From: Xylanibacter ruminicola 23
GTDB lineage: Bacteria > Bacteroidota > Bacteroidia > Bacteroidales > Bacteroidaceae
Direction of reading: 5' to 3'
Assembly (NCBI RefSeq): GCF_000025925.1
Contig: NC_014033.1
Location: 1,860,001 to 1,892,000, forward strand
Length of the DNA stretch: 32,000 nt
Shown in pieces: positions 28,156 through 32,000 of this stretch. Made by a program: the position numbers and the translations under genes. Each line of letters starts with the position of its first letter. Position 1 is the first letter of the stretch. Under the pieces are notes generated by a model. The model did no database searches. It was given only the letters and a program-made list of their open reading frames with translations, and had not been told where the DNA came from.

Positions 28156-28200
28156 TACGGTTTAACTTCCGCCACTCCATGGGCGGTCGGCTAAACCGTA
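28156..28200 (-). promoter_or_regulatory. Stem-loop between the HK-like pair and the 104-aa ORF
   Basis: tacggttta (28156-28164) pairs with taaaccgta (28192-28200), with an inner ccgcc/ggcgg pair. It ends 7 nt upstream of the ATG at 28149. It could be an attenuator, a terminator or a processing site. Confidence 0.35.
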
Positions 28201-28269
28201 CGAAGCAAAATTTTTCTCTATTATTTATCTACGGCAATCAGCTCGTATTCTTTGATGGCAATACTATAA

Positions 28270-29055
28270 TCAGATGGCTATACTGAATTTCACGCTGGTG
28301 CCCTTGGTGTAATGCGGGTCGATATACAGACTGCCGCCAAGCCGCTCTACCAGTGTGCGACTGATGTTGAGCCCGGTGCTGATGCGCCGCTTCATGTGGC
28401 GCACAGGGTTGAGCAGCGAGAAGATGGCTTTGCGACGCTCCTGACTGATACCACATCCCGTGTCGGATACCGACACCTCCAGGCAGTCGACCTGGTCGTT
28501 GGCCTCCACGCGTATCAACCCTTTGACTGTATATTTAACAGCATTCTCAAGCAGGTTACGCACCACCTTCTCCAGACATTCACGGTTGGTATGCACCGCA
28601 TAGAAATCAGGCATGCTCGACTTGTAGTCGACAAGCACACTCTCAGGCGCCCGTTTCTGGTATTCATCCACCAGTTCGCGACACAGCTGATTGACATACA
28701 CAAAGCCCAGCGGCAACTCCTCAGCCAGGTTCTCGTAATAGGTCAGCTCCACCATCTTATCGATGATGGCATCACGGCTCTGCGCATCGGTATGCTCGTT
28801 GAGTTCGCGGGCAGCCCAGTACATAAAGTGACGGCGTTCGCGCACATCGTCGACCAGCCGTTCGTTCTGACAGCGCAGTTTCTTCAGCTCGCGCCCGTCG
28901 TCGGCGCGCTGGCGTACCAGTTCATCGTTTCGCAGCTGCAGCTCGTCAATCTGCTTATGCCAGTGGTGATACATCACCAGCAGCGCCAAAGCCATGGCCA
29001 TCACCAGCACGACTGCTATCACACAATAACCACTCATCATCATAGGCCCAACCAT
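28270..29055 (-). CDS. Membrane-anchored histidine-kinase-like ATPase lacking the phospho-acceptor His (HK-like B)
   Basis: N-terminal TM segment (YCVIAVVLVMAMALALLVMY) followed by a coiled coil. The H-box position reads AARELNEH, with Arg where His is expected. The N-box (RNLLENAVKYT) and G1 box (SDTGCGI) are intact. Confidence 0.7.
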   Translation of the reverse strand: MVGPMMMSGYCVIAVVLVMAMALALLVMYHHWHKQIDELQLRNDELVRQRADDGRELKKLRCQNERLVDDVRERRHFMYWAARELNEHTDAQSRDAIIDKMVELTYYENLAEELPLGFVYVNQLCRELVDEYQKRAPESVLVDYKSSMPDFYAVHTNRECLEKVVRNLLENAVKYTVKGLIRVEANDQVDCLEVSVSDTGCGISQERRKAIFSLLNPVRHMKRRISTGLNISRTLVERLGGSLYIDPHYTKGTSVKFSIAI

Positions 29056-29838
29056 TTATATCTTAATACTGAATACAATCGAGGTGCAATCCTTGCGCTG
29101 CTGGTCGAGAAACATAGTGCCCCCAATCTTCTGGGTGAGCGCGTAACTGATACGCAGGCGCACACCAACAATCGTGTTGCACAGGTTACCGTCGTTGGGC
29201 AGCCGCTCAAACAGCACGTCTTTCATGTTCTCGGGTATCCCCACCCCGGTATTGCTTAACCGAAACACCAGATACTTGCCACTATCATCGGGCATCACCG
29301 ACAATTTAATATACCCTTCGTGGGTGAACTGCATCGCACTGACAATCAGATTCTTGAACAGCTTGCGCAGATAGCCCAGATGGGTGCGGATGACGAAGTC
29401 GTCGGCCAGCGAAGTCTCTACACACATCTGGACATTAGGATTATTCAGATAGCGTTCGCAGGTGTAGAACATATCCTGACAGAACATGTTAACCAGCACT
29501 TCGTCGTGACGAGGCACCTGCCCCAGATCGCCATACTGGGCCAGTTCGATGGCACAGTCCACCATCTCACCTACCAACGAGGACTTACTACGCACCTCAT
29601 GGCACATCATGTCCCAATCGCACTGATCCAACTTCAGTTCGCTGTTCATCAATATCTCCAAGTAACTGTCCACCCCCTGGTAAACAGCCTGCACGTCGTG
29701 GAGCACCTGATACAGCATCTTGGCCTTGGAATGCTCGCGACGAGCTTTCTTCATGGTGCTCACCAGCTTCTTCTGGTACTCCAGACTGTCAGGTCTGGGC
29801 ACCACCTTTTCATTATAGTTATATATCGTCGTTCCCAT
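29056..29838 (-). CDS. Soluble histidine-kinase-like protein with an H-box but degenerate ATP-binding motifs (HK-like C)
   Basis: H-box-like MMCHEVRSKSS. The N-box reads KNLIVSAMQFT, with Ser where Asn is expected. G1 reads SNTGVGI, with Asn where Asp is expected. It is a paralog of the downstream gene, and its stop codon abuts that gene's ATG. Confidence 0.7.
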   Translation of the reverse strand: MGTTIYNYNEKVVPRPDSLEYQKKLVSTMKKARREHSKAKMLYQVLHDVQAVYQGVDSYLEILMNSELKLDQCDWDMMCHEVRSKSSLVGEMVDCAIELAQYGDLGQVPRHDEVLVNMFCQDMFYTCERYLNNPNVQMCVETSLADDFVIRTHLGYLRKLFKNLIVSAMQFTHEGYIKLSVMPDDSGKYLVFRLSNTGVGIPENMKDVLFERLPNDGNLCNTIVGVRLRISYALTQKIGGTMFLDQQRKDCTSIVFSIKI

Positions 29839-29931
29839 AGCTCTTACTTGTTTTAGAAGCCCCCTGGCGTCGTCGCGACGGCAAGATGGGGCTGAGTACT
29901 AATTACTAATACATAATGTTTTAGACTTTGT

Positions 29932-30420
29932 TCATTTTATCAACACATTCTGCAGTTCGGCCAGCAGCACCATGCACTGCATGGGCGTCATCGAGGCCAT
30001 GTTCAACTGGCGGATACGCTCGGCCACATCGTGCTCAACAGGACCTTTGGCTACTGGTGGCTGCAACTCAGGATACACTGGCACCGTCGGCTGCCGCACG
30101 ACACCCTGAGGCACACTGCTACGCCAGATCTGAAACGACTGCTCGTCGATTGAGCTGTCTATTTTTATCGTTTTACAACCATCCCTGCAGTCCTCTATCT
30201 CGTGCCCCAAGCGGTGTAGCACCAACTTCGGGAAGCCTATATCCACTACATCCGAACCTACCACTTTTACAAATTTCCGTCTGACCTCATACTGTCGCAC
30301 ATGGTTCACAAACAGGTAGGCACTACGTTCGAAAGCGCGGTAGAATCCGCCCTCAGGCCATAGCCGGATTGTATTCTCGTTTTGCTGCTCGAAGGCAAGC
30401 TTTTCTTTCATTGTCGGCAT
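29932..30420 (-). CDS. MutS-domain-I-like mini protein (162 aa), candidate retroelement accessory factor
   Basis: TIRLWPEGGFYRAFERSAYLF...DIGFPKLVL parallels E. coli MutS ILLFYRMGDFYELFYDDA...PMAGIPYHAV. The C-terminal LNMASMTPMQCMVLLAELQ parallels the MutS C-terminal LTPxxAL..L motif. There is no ATPase domain. The start is taken at the ATG at 30418-30420, 25 nt after the RT stop. Confidence 0.6.
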   Translation of the reverse strand: MPTMKEKLAFEQQNENTIRLWPEGGFYRAFERSAYLFVNHVRQYEVRRKFVKVVGSDVVDIGFPKLVLHRLGHEIEDCRDGCKTIKIDSSIDEQSFQIWRSSVPQGVVRQPTVPVYPELQPPVAKGPVEHDVAERIRQLNMASMTPMQCMVLLAELQNVLIK

Positions 30421-30445
30421 ATCTTCAACTTTCTTTTTTAATACA

Positions 30446-31687
30446 CTACTTCTCGAATAATATCTCCAATTCCACTTCCAGGCGCGCCAGCTGTCGCATC
30501 TTCTCACGATACACTCGGCGCACACACACCTTGTATCTCTTACGGTTCATGCTCACATACATCACCTGATACCACTCAGGACTGATCCTGTCGAGCAGTT
30601 TCCTAACCTGGTTGTAAGCAGCAAAGTGGCGCATCATGCCAAGATAGGAGTTCATCGTAGAAGCAAACTCGTTCACATGCTCGCGTGCATAGTGCTCATC
30701 CGACTGAGCCAGACGATTGTAGCGCTCAATCTTGTCGATACAGGTGGCTATCGTGCGCCGGCTGATATAGGTGCGCCCTGGCATCACCATACCGCCAGTG
30801 AACAGTACGCCCTTGGAGTAGTGCTGCAGATACATCTTCTTGGGATGACGCCGCACACCGTTCCGGGCTGCCCATTTGTCGACAATCTCATCACGCATCC
30901 ATAGTAGCAGTTCCTTGTCGCGACTCACGAATATCATGTCGTCCATATAGTGGCCATAGCTCACCGACATACTCCAGAGACTGTCGGTTATCTCGTGGTC
31001 GAGATCGTCCATGAATACCAAGGCTGTCATCTGACTGATTACCTTGCCTATCGGCATACCATGCAGGCCGTCGCTGTGAAACAAACTCTTGTTGGGCGGC
31101 AAACCGTTCCAAGCTTTCAGCGGACTGTTACGCACACAATTCAGCTCAGGCCGGTCCATAATCACCACGCGCAGCAGCCATATCATCCACTCCAGGTCGG
31201 GACCACGGTATATCTGCCGTAGCAGACTGGCGAACTTGCGCCATGCAAGCTCCTTGGGCAGCGACATGAAGTACGACTGCATATCGAGCTTCATCACCCA
31301 GCAGTCGACCGTATAATTAGCTGACTGCTCTCTCACCATCTGCTCTACGCGCTGTATGCCATAGAGCGTGCCCTTGCCCACTCGGGTTGAGTAGTTGTCG
31401 TCGATGAACCGCTGCTCAAGAAAGGGCGTTACCCTCTGGGCGAAAACCGTGTCGACCACGCGGTCGCGAAAAGCTGCGCCGAAGATTTCCCGTTTCACGG
31501 GCTTATCGCTGACAAACACGATAGAGCGCGAAGGCTTGTAGGTACAGTTTTGCAACTCTTGCCACAGCTTCAGGCACTCCTCTTCGGCATTAATCTCAAA
31601 ACGAATAGCGTCTATCGTATTACCCTTGTGCCGCAAGCACAGCCAATAGGCTTCGTAGACCTCTTCGTAACTGACACCACATTTCAT
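30446..31687 (-). CDS. Reverse transcriptase, DGR-type
   Basis: 413 aa. AAFRDRVVDTVF (RT motif 1/2), KLDMQSYFMS (motif 3), GMPIGKVISQ (the (I/L)GxxxSQ signature of DGR RTs), YGHYMDDMIFV (catalytic YxDD), then RRHPKKMYLQHYSKGVLFTGG (thumb entry). Confidence 0.85.
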   Translation of the reverse strand: MKCGVSYEEVYEAYWLCLRHKGNTIDAIRFEINAEEECLKLWQELQNCTYKPSRSIVFVSDKPVKREIFGAAFRDRVVDTVFAQRVTPFLEQRFIDDNYSTRVGKGTLYGIQRVEQMVREQSANYTVDCWVMKLDMQSYFMSLPKELAWRKFASLLRQIYRGPDLEWMIWLLRVVIMDRPELNCVRNSPLKAWNGLPPNKSLFHSDGLHGMPIGKVISQMTALVFMDDLDHEITDSLWSMSVSYGHYMDDMIFVSRDKELLLWMRDEIVDKWAARNGVRRHPKKMYLQHYSKGVLFTGGMVMPGRTYISRRTIATCIDKIERYNRLAQSDEHYAREHVNEFASTMNSYLGMMRHFAAYNQVRKLLDRISPEWYQVMYVSMNRKRYKVCVRRVYREKMRQLARLEVELEILFEK

Positions 31688-31710
31688 TTACAAATAGTCA
31701 ATATTCCATA

Positions 31711-31830
31711 GGCGAGGACGGGGCGAACGCGTCGGTCCGTATTGGACTTAGTGTTGTTGCCGTTCAGATAGAGTTTACCATCGGTGTTGAAGTTCAGATT
31801 GAACGCATAGCCAGCACCCTTTCCACTCGA
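31711..31830 (-). repeat. Candidate DGR template repeat (TR)
   Basis: The minus strand reads SSGKGAGYAFNLNFNTDGKLYLNGNNTKSNTDRRVRPVLA. It has seven AAC/AAT Asn codons and a ..VRPV end, like the variable C-terminus of C-type-lectin/DUF1566-type DGR targets. It ends 24 nt upstream of the RT ATG, and no start codon or long ORF is attached. Confidence 0.6.
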
Positions 31831-32000
31831 ACAAATGTTATCAGTTGTCTTCTGTCTTTACTAACTGCACCGTTTACGCGACGGTCGTGTCAGTCGATAA
31901 CCCCTATAGATAATAGTTGACAGCTCTCTCCGCCAAGCCTTGACCGGGCGGACGCTCGCCATTTGGTGTTTGTTATTACTTTATTTAATGATCACTTATC

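Larger units (their letters stand above)
29932..31860 (-). mobile_element. Diversity-generating-retroelement-like core (TR, RT, MutS-like accessory)
   Basis: This combines the three features above. All are co-oriented, with 24-25 nt spacers. Confidence 0.6.

Noticed and set aside
30421-30525. N-terminal 35-codon extension of the MutS-like ORF overlapping the 3-prime end of the RT gene
   Set aside because: The extension (MCAECIVRRCDSWRAWKWNWRYY...) is Cys/Trp/Arg-rich out-of-frame RT sequence. The ATG at 30418-30420 sits 25 nt after the RT stop, behind an A-rich leader.
27835-31687. A VR copy of the TR inside any island gene (kinase-like pair, lipoprotein, 104-aa ORF)
   Set aside because: None of these ORFs ends in a lectin-fold-like N-rich ..VR.V segment, and no nucleotide stretch resembling 31711-31830 was seen in them.
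31861-31962. 33-codon minus-strand mini-ORF MASVRPVKAWRRELSTIIYRGYRLTRPSRKRCS upstream of the TR
   Set aside because: It is too short and too basic to call as a gene. Its VRPV is better explained as part of a TR-end-like remnant (see findings).
30446-31990. Retron interpretation (RT plus upstream msr/msd ncRNA)
   Set aside because: The RT has (I/L)GxxxSQ and YMDD rather than retron-type motifs (no VTG/YADD pattern seen). The upstream segment looks like an Asn-codon-rich coding-derived template, not a pair of a1/a2 inverted repeats. This is not fully excluded without a phylogeny.

Overview
The window looks like a Bacteroidales (Prevotella/Segatella-like) chromosome segment. It has a SusC/SusD pair, a hybrid two-component regulator, and TAnnTTTG -7 promoter boxes in front of many genes. 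The left third (1-9.3 kb) is housekeeping: truncated pdxA, rlmN, cysE, a 1224-aa triple-domain cell-wall protein (GT2 / HIT-GalT-like DUF4922-type / SpoIID-LytB) followed by an AmpG-type permease, and an OxyR-type regulator divergent from a membrane polyferredoxin. The middle (9.3-23.6 kb) is a pectin-type polysaccharide utilisation locus: GH35 beta-galactosidase, SusD, SusC, PL11 rhamnogalacturonan lyase and an HTCS regulator. The right quarter (23.6-32 kb, all minus strand) is an accessory island. It holds an amidase / HU-like / DUF4248-like / VirE-type primase-helicase cassette, a small lipoprotein, an orphan ORF, and two tandem histidine-kinase-like paralogs with reciprocal loss of catalytic motifs. 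It also holds a diversity-generating-retroelement-like core: an Asn-codon-rich template repeat, a DGR-type reverse transcriptase and a MutS-domain-I-like mini accessory protein. The variable-repeat target of this core is not visible in the window. One signal is not explained by the genes: a family of 7-bp-periodic (NNNAATG/NNNCATG) micro-arrays at seven loci, placed at start codons, stop codons and inter-domain linkers. Three of these arrays are translated in frame inside long ORFs. All family assignments come from motif recognition by eye; no searches were run.
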